Assembly: GCA_964188305.1 (NCBI GenBank)
Contig: OZ076885.1
Length of the DNA stretch: 64,000 nucleotides
Direction: 5' to 3' (one strand)
Source of the DNA: Podarcis bocagei
Lineage: Eukaryota
Position 1 is the stretch's first letter; each line of letters opens with the position of its first letter. Under the pieces are notes generated by a model. That model was not told where the DNA came from, ran no database searches, and saw only the letters and a program-made list of their open reading frames with translations. Positions 1-58,777 of this stretch are shown piece by piece. The translations under genes and the position numbers were made by a program.

Positions 1-726
1 AAATGGCACAGTGAGAAGCTATTGGCATTCTCTCAACTTGCCTTCAGACTGTATGTTGAAAAGTATAGTTCACACATTCCATTTCTGCTAAGTGTCATTC
101 AGCAATTGAAAATCTAATAGTTTATTATAAACATTTTCATCATTGGCTTTTACGTGTTGGGTCACTGTTCTGCAAGAAAAACTAAAAGTTTAAATATTGT
201 TTTTAATAGCCTTGAAGCACTGAATTCATTAGCAAATCCTTTTTTTCTTTAATTTTTGTTGTCAGTATTATTTTTGGCAGAGTTTTGAAGGGTGACTCAT
301 GCAGATGTGCAGAGATCAGTGATATTTTTCATATGGGTACGAAATTGCACAGAGAAAATTATAAATGTGTTTTTAACTGGCATTTATTTATTTAACTTTT
401 CATCATGTTGTAATGTCTTTGTCTAAGAAAAGAATACTATATACAGTACTTAACAGGCTATGTTACATGTCTGTTGTGTTTTCAATTTAGAACCTAATTA
501 GAGTACAGCCCACCTAAATACAAGGCCAGAATAAGAGTGTCTGTTAGCAAAATATGTCTTGGCATGAACCTGCCTTTCAATTTATTAGTCATTACTAACA
601 AGTCCATTGATTTCAGTGGGTCTGCTCTGAGTATGAAATAGTTGGATACCACCATAAGTGATTATCCTAAGCCATGTGTACTCTATGTAATGGCTAACAG
701 TCTAATCAAATACTAGATGTAACACT

Positions 727-1109
727 GACCTGGTTTGCATTTAACACTAAGCCAAACCATGACTTAGTGCAAAAGAGCAAACATTCAGGTTCCTGAAGTG
801 AAGATTGCGCTGCAGCAATCCTCCCTCAGTGTTTGCAGCTAAAAGGGTTCAGCCACAAATTGGCTTTGTGTTACATCCAAACCCAAACTCATGGCTTGCC
901 TTGTCCTTGATTTACCTCTTGAGGTTTGTCTGCAGCAGATAAACTATGGTTCAGGCATAACATTAAGTCAAACCATGGTCAAAGGCATAGGTTAAGCAGC
1001 AGCAAGATTTGAGGAGTGCTGTGGCCATAATATATATGCTCCAGAAAGCAAATGTTTGTTTGTTTGCACTAAGCCTTGTTTTGGCTTGGCATTATGTGCA
1101 AACTGGGCC
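727..1109. mobile_element. Palindromic non-autonomous DNA element (MITE, possibly PIF/Harbinger-type)
   Basis: Long imperfect terminal inverted repeats (cctggtttgcatttaacactaagccaaacc... / ...ttttggcttggcattatgtgcaaactgggc). Related motifs at 3944-4349, ~13560-13735 and ~33315-33520. Confidence 0.55.
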
Positions 1110-2692
1110 AGTCTATAAATGTGTAAGGATCAGATACAGCAGCAGTTGTTTCACAGTTTTGTCATCTTGCAATACTAGCACTACCTTACAACAGCTTCAC
1201 AAGCACATGTGCTGGTGCAAATACTTCAGGTTGGCCGTAAGTGAGAGCAGTATTACTGTGACCAATTTATGCTGCTACTTGATATAATGCTATGTTAAGG
1301 TTTCAAATCTTTCCCTTGGTAACCCAGTTCACAGGCAGAACATATGGAACATTTTTATTTGAAATGCCGAGCATTCGTGTGCTAATTTTTGTATATGTTA
1401 AAGGCTGGAGGTTTTGGATGCTTGTGAACACGGTGTAAAAATATTAGAATACCCTCATAATGTTCATAATTTGTGGACTTTTTAAATAGTAAAATTCCAA
1501 TTTGAAAAATCTAGTGAATGCCTAGAAGCAACTGTTCTTGTTAGAATTCTCAGCAAAAATCCCTAGGAGATGCATATTGAGCTAAGGAAACACTAAGATA
1601 TACTATACAAGCATTAGGTCTCTGCATTAAGATTCGAGATTCTACAGGCCTTTGCTGTATACATGTCTGCAGTTAGCCTCTTTAACTTCTGATAAAGACG
1701 TTTTCAACTGTCAGTCTCCAACAAGTAGCATTATTCTTTATTTCCTACATCTTGTGGTCATTTTTATTCCAGTAACTTAAAAATATAGCACATGTATTAA
1801 ATTTTACTATTTTTACTTTTCTGGTGTTTTATTTCGTTATTACTTTGAAAAGTTGCTATTATTGCTTCTGTACTCTTGTTTCTAATTTGAATTGGTTGAA
1901 CTTGAGAAAATCATACTGGAGACTGAAAAGGATGCAGCCCACATTATCACAACATACACGATGGATAAACATACTCATGCTGGGCTTGAGGTGCATGGCT
2001 CTACTGACATTAGTTCTGCAATAACAGAATATTATTTTCTGTTATCTCACTTAAAAGTATATTACACAACTGCACAAAGAATCCGGAAAAATGAAAAAGC
2101 CTGTTGTTTTTCTGAAGATTCCTTTTACAGCATAGTATTCTGAAAAATTTGCATTGAACAGAATAACAGCATCATCTGTATTGGGTATCTACTCAAGAGA
2201 AGACTTGCTTCTAATAGTAGATGACACAGTTAACTACTTCACTGCAGCACTGAATAACAAAAGTATGTGTGTAGACATCATGGTTAGCTATACTGCCTTC
2301 TGGAGCAGTTAACCATCAGTGATAATATTCATGAATTGGGGATCAGAGGAGGTAGGTGGACACAAGCACTCAAACCTGCTCCCGTGTTCTCCAGTGAAGA
2401 TGGCTGGGAATGCCCAAGAGCCATGGAAGTCACTGAGAGCTCCTGGGTGGTACCACCCCAGCCAGTCTGATTTTTTTTAAAGCAGTACCTCCACCACAAA
2501 TGCTTTCTCAGATGCCACCAGGAAATACAGGAGGAGACTGGCTGACCATTGGGAAAGGTTTTGCTGGACAGTTTTGGAACATCAAGACTCTTGTGATATA
2601 TCATTGCCAGGCAAGATATATCAAACAACTACAAAACAAATCCTTATTCAAGACAGCTGTAAATTTGAAGTTTTCAGATATGAAGCCCCATG

Positions 2693-3167
2693 TGTCACTG
2701 TCTACGGGTGATTGATCCCGGCTGAGGACGTTGGGACCAGGGGCGAGATGGCAGGGGGGGAGCAGGAACAGGAGTCCAGAAGCCAGGGGTCTGAGAGTCA
2801 GGAAGTTGGGAGTCACAAAGTCAAGGGTCTGAGGGTCAAGAAGCAAGGAGTCATGAGGTCGAGGAGCAAGGAGTCACAAAGTCGAGGGTCCAAGGGTCGA
2901 GAAGCAAGGAGTCAAGAAGCCAAGGTCCGAGGATCAGAAAGCAAGAATCCAAACGCAGCAAGGCAGGAAACATGATACTGTGGCCAAGAGCCGAAGGGAA
3001 ATGCTGACCTTATATCCCTTCCCGGCTCTTGCCACCAGGTGCCGTGAGTTACCAATCGGCCTCACCTGTGCGGCCATGCCTTGCCTCTCCAGAACAAACT
3101 TAGGAAGGCCCCAGTCCTGCGAAGCCCTACTGGTCACAGGACCTGGCTCCTGCACGCACTTCTGACA
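2693..3167 (-). mobile_element. Solo LTR (Gypsy-like), 475 bp
   Basis: TGTCA...TGACA termini with exact 5-bp TSD CCATG (2688-2692, 3168-3172). Internal degenerate tandem repeat (aagcaaggagtca). Strand inferred from minus-strand GGATATAAGG. Confidence 0.8.
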
Positions 3168-3793
3168 CCATGCTGCAGAGCAAACTGCTTTTAAAACTGA
3201 TATAACTTTTCAAAAATTACATTCAGCAGCTCAAACAGAAAATTATAAATGTGAGAAAGTTATTTGTTTCAAATTTGGTGTACTGTATGTAGTTGCATTT
3301 TTAAATGTGAGTCATAACAGATGTAGAACTGGCTCAAACATGGTTGTCCTCCCACAACTGCAAGCATGCCTAAGAGAAGTAAATGCAGTAGATGAGCTAT
3401 TCTCTTTAATGCCCTCCCAATTCACAAATTCTGACTATGCAGTTGTTGCAGGCTGCAAAATCATTCCTGTCAAAACATAAAGGCTAACAAAATTCCTTTT
3501 CATAACTGTTTTTATCCAAGCACCTGCATAGATTTATATGAAAATGCAAAAACTTGTATTTAATTAGCAAGCCTTATCCCATAGTTAAAATGGGTTATTT
3601 TTATTAAACTTTAAGGTAGTGATGTTCAATTCTCTTTAATTAAAGAGCTTCTCTTTCATAGCTCATAAGCTTTTAAATCATATCAACATTTAAAATGCTT
3701 ATGAACTCAGCTATATTTCTGCATTGCAAAGTAATTTTTAGCCTCTGTGTAATTTAGACTATTAAGTCATTTTAGACTATACTATGAACTCTA

Positions 3794-3943
3794 NNNNNNN
3801 NNNNNNNNNNNNNNNNNNNNNNNNNNNNNNNNNNNNNNNNNNNNNNNNNNNNNNNNNNNNNNNNNNNNNNNNNNNNNNNNNNNNNNNNNNNNNNNNNNNN
3901 NNNNNNNNNNNNNNNNNNNNNNNNNNNNNNNNNNNNNNNNNNN
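3794..3943. other. Assembly gap (150 N)
   Basis: Run of n. Confidence 1.
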
Positions 3944-4349
3944 CGCACATCATGTTAATCCAAACCACAGCTTAGTGAAAATGCATGAGCACTTAGGCTC
4001 CTAAGGAGGAAAGTGGCTGCTTTGCTCTTCTCCAGTCATTTTGCTGCTGCACTGTGCTTAGCTAAGCCATGGCTTGGCCTGGTGTGTTGTGTGAACTGAG
4101 GGTTGTGGTTTAGCTCTCTAGAGACTAAATGTGCTGAAATGAAGGTTTGTTCTTAGTTTCTGACTTATGGTTTATGTCAAAGAGCTAAATCACAAGCCCA
4201 AGTTCAGATGACACACTAAGCCAAGCCATGGCTTAGCTTAGCACAGTGCAGCAGCAAAACAACCAAGCAGTAGCAAAGTGGCAGTGATTTCCTCTCCATG
4301 CATATACCCTAGGTCATTGTTTGGCTTAGAGTGGTATGTGAACCAGGCC
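3944..4349. mobile_element. Palindromic MITE, same group as 727-1109, left end lost in gap
   Basis: Inverted arms from 4039 and to 4259 (46/49 match over outer part). Terminus ...gtgaaccaggcc. Confidence 0.6.
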
Positions 4350-6310
4350 AGAGAGCAAGACAGACAGACCATAATTGCTTTTGCCGCTTAAGTTCTTAGC
4401 AAGAATGAATATATTTTGGAAGATTTATGTTGCCATAGTTCAAGATGGAGAGTTGAAAAATTAGCTGAAAATTGTTTATTTACTTCTCATGTTTGTAGTT
4501 CCTTTTATACCTAGAGATTGGTAGTTTATCTTCAAAATGCGGAATCAAGTTTAATAATGCTAATAATAACCTGTTTTAAAACTAGCCATTGTAGTTTATA
4601 GAACTAGAAAAGAAAATGCAGTATATTATTTTTCTTATTTTTCTATTTTTCGGGTTCTAAATCTAAACGTATGCAGCTTACTTTGCTGTACTACAATAAA
4701 GCTTTCTTCTGATAGGACCAACAGAATTAACCTACCATGTGCCATCCTTGGCAGCTGTTTATTCTAATTGGGCTTTACATTCTGCTCTAATATTTTCACC
4801 TTGTGTTGGTTAGCATTGCTAGAAACATTGTTTTTCAAATGACATCAGTGTGCAGCATATGGAAACTGGTGTTTTAATACATTCTTACCTTAAGCAAAGA
4901 GCTACTTCACATAATTGTTGCTTTCCCTGCTCTAATAGCATTACAATAGGAACTAATTCATATTCAACATGCAAATGTTTAATAACAATATATGGTAATA
5001 CTGTACTTGTATTTATCAAAGAAAAAGTTTTAGCTAGATGGCGCTCTTGAACAGGTGCTTGTATAGATTCTGGGAATGTAAAGCACTTTGCAGTATGACA
5101 CCCCCCCCCCCAATGCTTATTTTGCCAGTATACTGGCATCTTCACACTTTGAACAAAACACCTCTCCCCACACCCGGGCAATGATTTTTAATCCTGGCTC
5201 ACATAGATCCTACTTTGCCTAGTCTAAAAGAAGATGGTGTCTCATTTACCCTTTTCATAGCTGGAAGCATGCTGAATGTTGTGTTGCAGTCTTAGAGCAA
5301 TCACTATCCTGTATTTTGCTAAGCTACAGCTATCTACCCAGCCTTCCTATAACTACCGAGATCTGCTATGTTTTACCTCTCCTACTAGAATACTTTGCCT
5401 GTTACTGACTACTTTCAACATTATCAAGTTCTCAATCTGTCCCATCTATGTGAATAGTACTGCTGTTCTTGATTATGGAAATATGTGTCTTAGAAGGGGT
5501 GATCTGAATAAAAGCAGTGTACTGCAAGCACCATTTTCAGTGACACCCTATCCATGTAAACAAATCAGAGGTGACATTCTAGATAACAAGCTCATACAAA
5601 CAACCTTGGAACCACTGGATTATGTAAACAAGTCTGGGTAGTTCTGAATCTTTCTCTCATCTGAGCTTGAAGAATTCTTAGAACTGCAGTTAAAGAAGAG
5701 GAAAAATATTACTAAGAAGAAAATGTGTTCCATTTTGTATTGGTCACATTTGATTAAACATCCCCTGTGAGGTTTGAGAGTTGTGGAATACTTTTAAGTG
5801 CTTTAGGCAGCACAATAGAATAAATCTACTGTGAAATCTATGTGGACCATTTAAGATTTATGCATGAAGGGGGTCAGCCCTCTACTATGTTCATGGAAGT
5901 ACATGTCGGATCATAAACTGCAAAATATATGCACATCACACTGATTTACTATAAAGTTCATTGCTGCAGATTCCCTGCACTTTTTAATGCCATTATATCC
6001 AAGGGAAGAATGCTGGTACAAAGGTACTGTGTTGTCAGTTTATGGCCTCAGGGAAAAGTTGGATTAAAATAGCTAGTCAAAATTGATTAGCCTGTTTTGT
6101 TTTTTAACATTGGGTGCTTTAGCTATAATGGTACAAACCTCTGGGTTTGCCCCGCATCTGAGATAGCACCACAGAATTAGGCATCTCTTAAGATATAATG
6201 GAAACATGAAAATACCATACAGAGAAAAGCTTTCAAACACGGAAGAAACAAAGCACAAACATAAGGGAGATTATTATAGTTGTCTTTCACAAAACACCCA
6301 ATAGGTTTAG

Positions 6311-6515
6311 GTCTCATCTGCACCATACATTTAAAGCAGTATCATACCATTTTAAATAGTCATCCCCTCAAGAATCCAGGGAATTGTAGTTTATTATGGA
6401 TGCTGTGAGTTGTTAGGAGAACCCTGTTCACGTCACAGAGCTGCAGTTCTTTGGGTGGTTTAACAATCAATTCCTCTTCCTAGGAAACTCTGGGAAATGT
6501 AGCTTTGTAAGAATA
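6311..6515. mobile_element. Partial squamate non-autonomous DNA element
   Basis: ccatacatttaaagcagtatcatacc... with repeated gggaa(t/a)tgtag(t/c)tt motifs, family recalled from lizard genomes. Confidence 0.4.
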
Positions 6516-6899
6516 AAATGGGAACTATATTTCTCACAGAAAATGTGTCTTTGATGATGTTTTGAAGGAAGAGGTTGCTTCACACAGATGTCTGGAAGTT
6601 CTAAACGTAAGAGGCAGCGCGGGGGGGGGGGAGTGTCTTTTGAGGAAACAGGAAACCTTCAGATGAATGAGTGGCATTGCAGTTTAGGAGTGAAAGTCAC
6701 AGGCAGGGATGTACCTGGCCAGTGAAGGGATTTAAGGAGGGTGTCATGATATTAGTGCAGTGAGAGAGATTATTTTCGCTACGGAGTGTTGTATGGATGT
6801 GAAGGGACCAAGCTGAGACAGCAGCAGACCAAAGAGAATATTTCAGAAGCCTAGAGGGGGCCAGGCCATGAAGCAAAGTTCTTGCTGAGGGGACAGTGA

Positions 6900-7255
6900 C
6901 AAGCCAATGTTGTACATGACTTGGCTACTCAGTATGGGGGACAAAGGAGAGAGAAGAGTCTAAGGCTACGTGCCTGTTCAACAGGATGGATAGCAATTCA
7001 ATGCATAAGGAAAGCAAGCTAGGAGAGGAGGGCTGGGGAGGAAAGAGAAGTTCATGTTGGATCTATTGAACTTGAAATGATGGTGCATGTAAGTAGAGCT
7101 ATCAGAGAGCAGTTGGAGTTGTGGGATTGAAATGAAGGGAACAAGTTGGTGGAGGGGAGAAGGGAGTGTCATCTGTGGCTAGATGGTACTGAAAGCTATG
7201 GGATTTGATGAGATCAACCAATAATAATATTGGTTATAATATTGATGAGATCAAC

Positions 7256-7298
<43 letters not shown>

Positions 7299-7560
7299 TT
7301 ATACCCTGTCCATCTGGCTGGGCTTCCCCAGCCACTCTGGGCAGCTTCCAACCAAATATTAAAATACAGTAATACATCAAACATTAAAAGCTTCCCTAAA
7401 CAGGGCTGCCTTTAGATGTCTTCTAGAAGTCTGGTAGTTGTTGTTCTCTTTGACATCTGGTGGGAGGGCTTAGCATGTAGACTGGAAAGGAGCAGAGGGG
7501 CAAGAGCAGGTCCTTGAGGACCCCCAACAGAGAGGGAAAGCAGGGGGTTTCTACCTATGG
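6900..7560 (-). mobile_element. Old L2-clade LINE reverse-transcriptase relic, interrupted by a younger insert
   Basis: Minus strand gives LSVGGPQGPALAPLL (GVPQGSVLGPLL motif) and DLIKSHSFQYHLATDDTP (YADD region). Confidence 0.65.
7257..7470 (-). mobile_element. Younger LINE (L2-like) 3' end with (ATT)n tail
   Basis: (AAT)n 7257-7297 then ccatctggctgggcttccccagccactctgggcagcttcc. Similar copy at ~30063-30205. Confidence 0.6.
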
Positions 7561-7861
7561 AAACACTTGAGAGAATGATTAGGTAGGTATGAGAAGACTC
7601 AGGAAAGAACATAATGCAGACACTTAGGGCATAAAGGCAGTAAAGCAGAAGAAAGTTATCAGTTGCCTCGAAGGAAGGGAACAGTAAGAAAAATGACGAC
7701 AGAGAACATTTTAAGAGTTCACATTGGGGCATTGTGAGGGCAATTTCAGTAAAATGCAGAGGGCAGAAAGCTGTCTTGGATTCCAGTCTAAAGGAAGAAG
7801 CAACTATTGTGCAAAGAGTAAGAAAGGGGAAGAAACAGGGCAGGCCTTAGAGCAGACAGAA

Positions 7862-7972
7862 CCAAGGTGCTGCAGTCCAGACGTTGTGGACTACAACTCC
7901 CATTATCTCTGACCACTGGCCACGATGGGAGAGTCCAAAACCTCTGGAGAGCACCACATTGGCTACCCCTTC
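7862..7972. mobile_element. Degenerate hAT-type MITE
   Basis: ccagacgttgtggactacaactccc... core shared with 20933-21068. Confidence 0.55.
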
Positions 7973-8554
7973 CTCAGGACTATCAATGGCAGACAACAGG
8001 CACCGAGAAATCCTAGAGCTGCTGTATGCTTCTTGCCCAAGTAGATGCCAAACAAGAAGGTGAGCTTCCATTTATAGCGTCCTAAGTCAGCTATTTTGTT
8101 TTTCTCCGGCTGCAGTGGCGTGATTCCCCGCCTCTCGCCTTTTGCATGCCATTCACGTCGTGGGATAATACCCAACACCTGCCTTTTAAACGCATTTTAA
8201 AGTCCGGCCACCAGCTCAAAGTGGCTTGCATTGTGAGCCAGGCATGCACAAGGAGGGGGGTGGTGCCGTTTTGTTCAGGTGCCCCGATACAAATATATTA
8301 AGTATCTGGTCACCTTTCCCCCACAGTCCGCAGGCCCTTCCGCGTATAAGAGCGGGAAAGAGCAGAGGCAGCGGCGCCTGCGGTCCCACACCCGGCGCGT
8401 GCGCGCTGCCTTTGCTTCGCACGTGAGGGCAGGCCGACGCTCGGGGCGGGCCAGGCGCTTGCAGACGCCTCCCCTTGTGGACGCGCGCAGGGCTGGGCCC
8501 CAGGGGGCGGCAGCCGCACGAGCAACGGCGGCGGCGGCAGCAGCAGCAGCAGCA

Positions 8555-55304
<46,750 letters not shown>

Positions 55305-55428
55305 TGAACGCTATATTTTGAAAACTTAAAAAGTTACTGACTGTACAGATTTGTTTTGTATTCTCTAAGTTGGGGAAATTTTCAGGAAGCTGCCCAGTCA
55401 GTTGTATACAGTGTGTAAATTTTTTTTT

Positions 55429-55434
55429 ATTAAA
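55429..55434 (+). terminator. Candidate SCUBE2 polyadenylation signal ATTAAA
   Basis: ~125 nt after the stop codon, followed by a U-rich tract. Confidence 0.4.
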
Positions 55435-55489
55435 AATATAATTATTTCATTGCCATCTGTTTTATTTTCTGCCATTACATTGAGTACAG

Positions 55490-55575
55490 CTCCTACCATC
55501 AAATAACCTTTGGCCATGTAGGCAGGGTCTGATGGAAGTTCGTAACATCTGGAGGGACCATGTTGGCTATCCCTG
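55490..55575. mobile_element. Partial hAT-type MITE near SCUBE2 3' end
   Basis: aacatctggaggg...gttggctatccctg terminus. Confidence 0.5.
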
Positions 55576-57419
55576 ATATACTAGTAGTTATGAATGAAGG
55601 TTGCAAGTGGTTTGTTCCTTTTTATATATAATAATATTGGTCCTATGATTTAAGCAGCTTCCTCGAATTGTAGAAATCTTCCCTCAATTTCCCACAAGAG
55701 GGCACCATGTTGCATCAATTTAAAAGTACAACGAAGCAGTTTCTACTATTATGTCTCCCAAGACCAGTTTAAAAAGGATAGCACTCAAACATTGGAGAGG
55801 GGAGCAGAGTCAGTGAACTTTCTTCTTGTGACAATACACTTATTGTCAGCTCTTTTTCCTCTAGACAATATAAGTGTCTATAAAAAAAACACAACACATT
55901 CTACCAGATATTTGCTATATAAGCCATTAATTTAATTGAAATCTCTTTTTACCTGGCTTTATGTTGTTTGTGAATCTGAGAGTGATGAAAGTTTATAGGG
56001 GGGAGCTCTAATATAACCTGCTACTTCCTGGATTGCAAATCCTTACTTTTGCCCTCCCAATGTGTTATACACAGGTTGGGCACTGAAGCACTGAATTAGA
56101 AGTGGGGCTGTGCTGCTGGCCCAAGCCGCCACCACCACCCCACACCTGACCTCTGAACATCAAGTGTGCACACGCAAAGAGGAAATCCTACAGCTGCTCT
56201 CAAGTAGGGATTCCTCTTCAGACATCCTCACTAGGACTCTGGCCACACAAGAGCAGAGCAGCCTCATCCCCCTTTCAATGCACGTGTGTAAATACATAAA
56301 TAGGACCTTTATTTTCAGCATTATCAATTTGGCTACAAACAAGCCTGCATTTTTAACATGCGTACTGGAATCAAATTGAGAAAGGGACAAAAATGAGGGT
56401 TTATACACACTGCAATTCCAGTGGAAAGGGCTAACGTAGAAGACACTTAGCTTTATATTAGGAGAATGGGCTGTGTCTATAAGCAAGGAGAGGTCTACCA
56501 CCCAAGACCAGTGAGGAGGAAGGATCATATTCCAGGACTGACCTTTGATTTGATTTTGATTTAATACTTGCATGCTGCTATTCAAACAATGATCTTGAGC
56601 TCAAAGCAGCTCACAATAATAAGAATAAGCAAGCAACATTTCCCTCAATATAACTGTATCCAAAAGTACAACAGCATATAAGTAAAGCAAAAACAAACCA
56701 TTTAATAAACAAGTAATGCAGGCAAATGCAAGCTCATAATAATTCAAAAATAACTTTTCCCAGGCAGCAGGGTCTTTCAAAAATTCAGCCACAAAACTGA
56801 GCTCAAAGTAGCAACAAAATTTGTTCTCTTTTTCCCCAGCTGAGTCTGTTCCATAGAAAGTTTCCTGGATACCCATCCAGCCTTGTCTATCCATTTATTT
56901 ACTTCCAAAGGAACTTGCTTACAGGTAGGCCTAAGTTTACAGTCTGGAAAATGCTAGTGGCATCCAGCTTGAAAACTAGTTCTATAAGATACTGAGCTCC
57001 CTGCTGTTGCTGTAGCAATCATCACAATTTTGAATGCCACATGGAATGTTTCATGGAGCGGAATGAGTTGTCCGTACTCAAATTTCCAGTTGATTTTAAC
57101 ATCTGAAATTTTAGAGTTAAAAAACTGGATAGGCCACATCTCTCATTTTTTTAGAAAAGGTCCCTCAACGGAATAACAGTTTCACCAACTTCCAGTACCT
57201 GGGCAGGTTCTTGTGGGACCATTTAGTCTCAAGTGGCATGGAGGGGACTCCTGAAGTAAAGTCAAGGTCATAAATTATCCAGCATTTCTAATGGTCCTAA
57301 TAAATAATAGACAGGCCCGTGCTTACGATCTCATTGATGTGAGAAGGTAACTGTTAAGCTTCATCCAAGACAAAGGAATACACTGTCCTTGTCCTAGATG
57401 TGTTGATAGGGGTTGCAAT

Positions 57420-57618
57420 TAGAGCTGCCAGGTTTTGAACTTACCCCTGTGGTGGTAAAACCTTTAGCAGTGGTTTTATCGGCAGGTGTTAATCGGGCGA
57501 AGGCATTTATCTCCACATCATGAAAAGCTCCAGCAGCCGATTCCTGCAGATCAACCTGCAACTAAAGGTACAGAAACACATTAGCCTATATTTTTCCCAG
57601 CTTAGCTGGCAACCCCTA
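57420..57618. mobile_element. Possible hAT (TAGGGTTGCCA-type TIR) non-autonomous element
   Basis: tagagctgccag ... ctggcaacccta-like ends, TSD unclear. Confidence 0.35.
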
Positions 57619-58777
57619 GTGCAGTTCACCAAACACTTGCTGTGTACAACTTCCTTTCATGTCAGTGAGGCTCATATGGCTCTCCTGGACAAACTCCACT
57701 GAAATAAATAGAATACAGCAGCAGTATACTTGATTATGCCAATACTGATGGAAGGCTTTGTGTACAAGCACAGACAATTTGGGAGGATTGGGTATGGGGC
57801 TAGCAGCTGTAATTGATTGTATTTAGGATTAGACCATTCTGTGCAGGGCAAGGCTATCTGGAGTAACAACCTCCAGTTTTAGGTTGCTTCTACACTAGAG
57901 CCTAATGGTGCTGCCAAAGCATTGCTTTTCCACAATTATCAAGAAGTGGAACAAAAACAAAAGCTTCCACACAAACAATTAGTTTAGGTTTGACTTCCCA
58001 TATATTCCCAAGTAAGTCCTCTTAATCAAATATTCTCTGCAATTTTAGCTACCATTGTCTTCCTTGAAAGTTCATCCAGCTTTATTGCTTTCTGAGGAGC
58101 AAAGATTATTTGGAAATAGCCTACTAATGGTCCCTTTGTTAATTGTCTGTTATGTCCTATCCTTGTGGTGTGGGTAATTTAGCCAAACAGAACTACTTGA
58201 CTATATAAAATGGAAAGGAAGCCAATAATTGAAGCCTCCAACCCCCACAAGAACAGAAACTGGCATAGGGACAATTAACAGCAACCATTCAAGGGATAAT
58301 TAATTCTAGTTACACTAATCAGAAATAAATAAAAGGGTCTAGGAAAGGTTTAAAAAGTATGACCCCTAAAAGCCTCCATAGTCCTTTCCTGTTCATGTTA
58401 GATAGGCTGCTGTTGCAACTGTGTTTTACCATGAAAACCCTGTGTCAAAAAACACAGAAGATACTGGAATGCACAGGCTGACAATGGTGTTATCTGGATG
58501 CCCCATAAAAAAGTGAGAGCACAAAGGATGGCAGTTCTAGTGTAAAGGGGCTAATGTGAAAGTCACCTTAGGAAGATCTTTCCCCACAACAGTTTTCATT
58601 TCCCAAAGTTCTTTAGTTTCCGTGGTAACTTGTCTGTTGGATGGATGAACCTTTGGCCTGATCCAGGAGGACTCTTTCTAGTTTAAGAACCTAAGTAAAG
58701 AAAACAAAGACTATTGAGGTTTCTTCGATACTAGGTCCAAAAAAAGCTACAAATTCAGTACAATGATAACTGGTTAA

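Noticed and set aside
2712-2975. Ser/Gln/Glu/Arg-rich 87-aa ORF
   Set aside because: Translation of the tandem repeat inside the solo LTR
3777-3975. ORFs containing X runs
   Set aside because: Artefacts of the N gap
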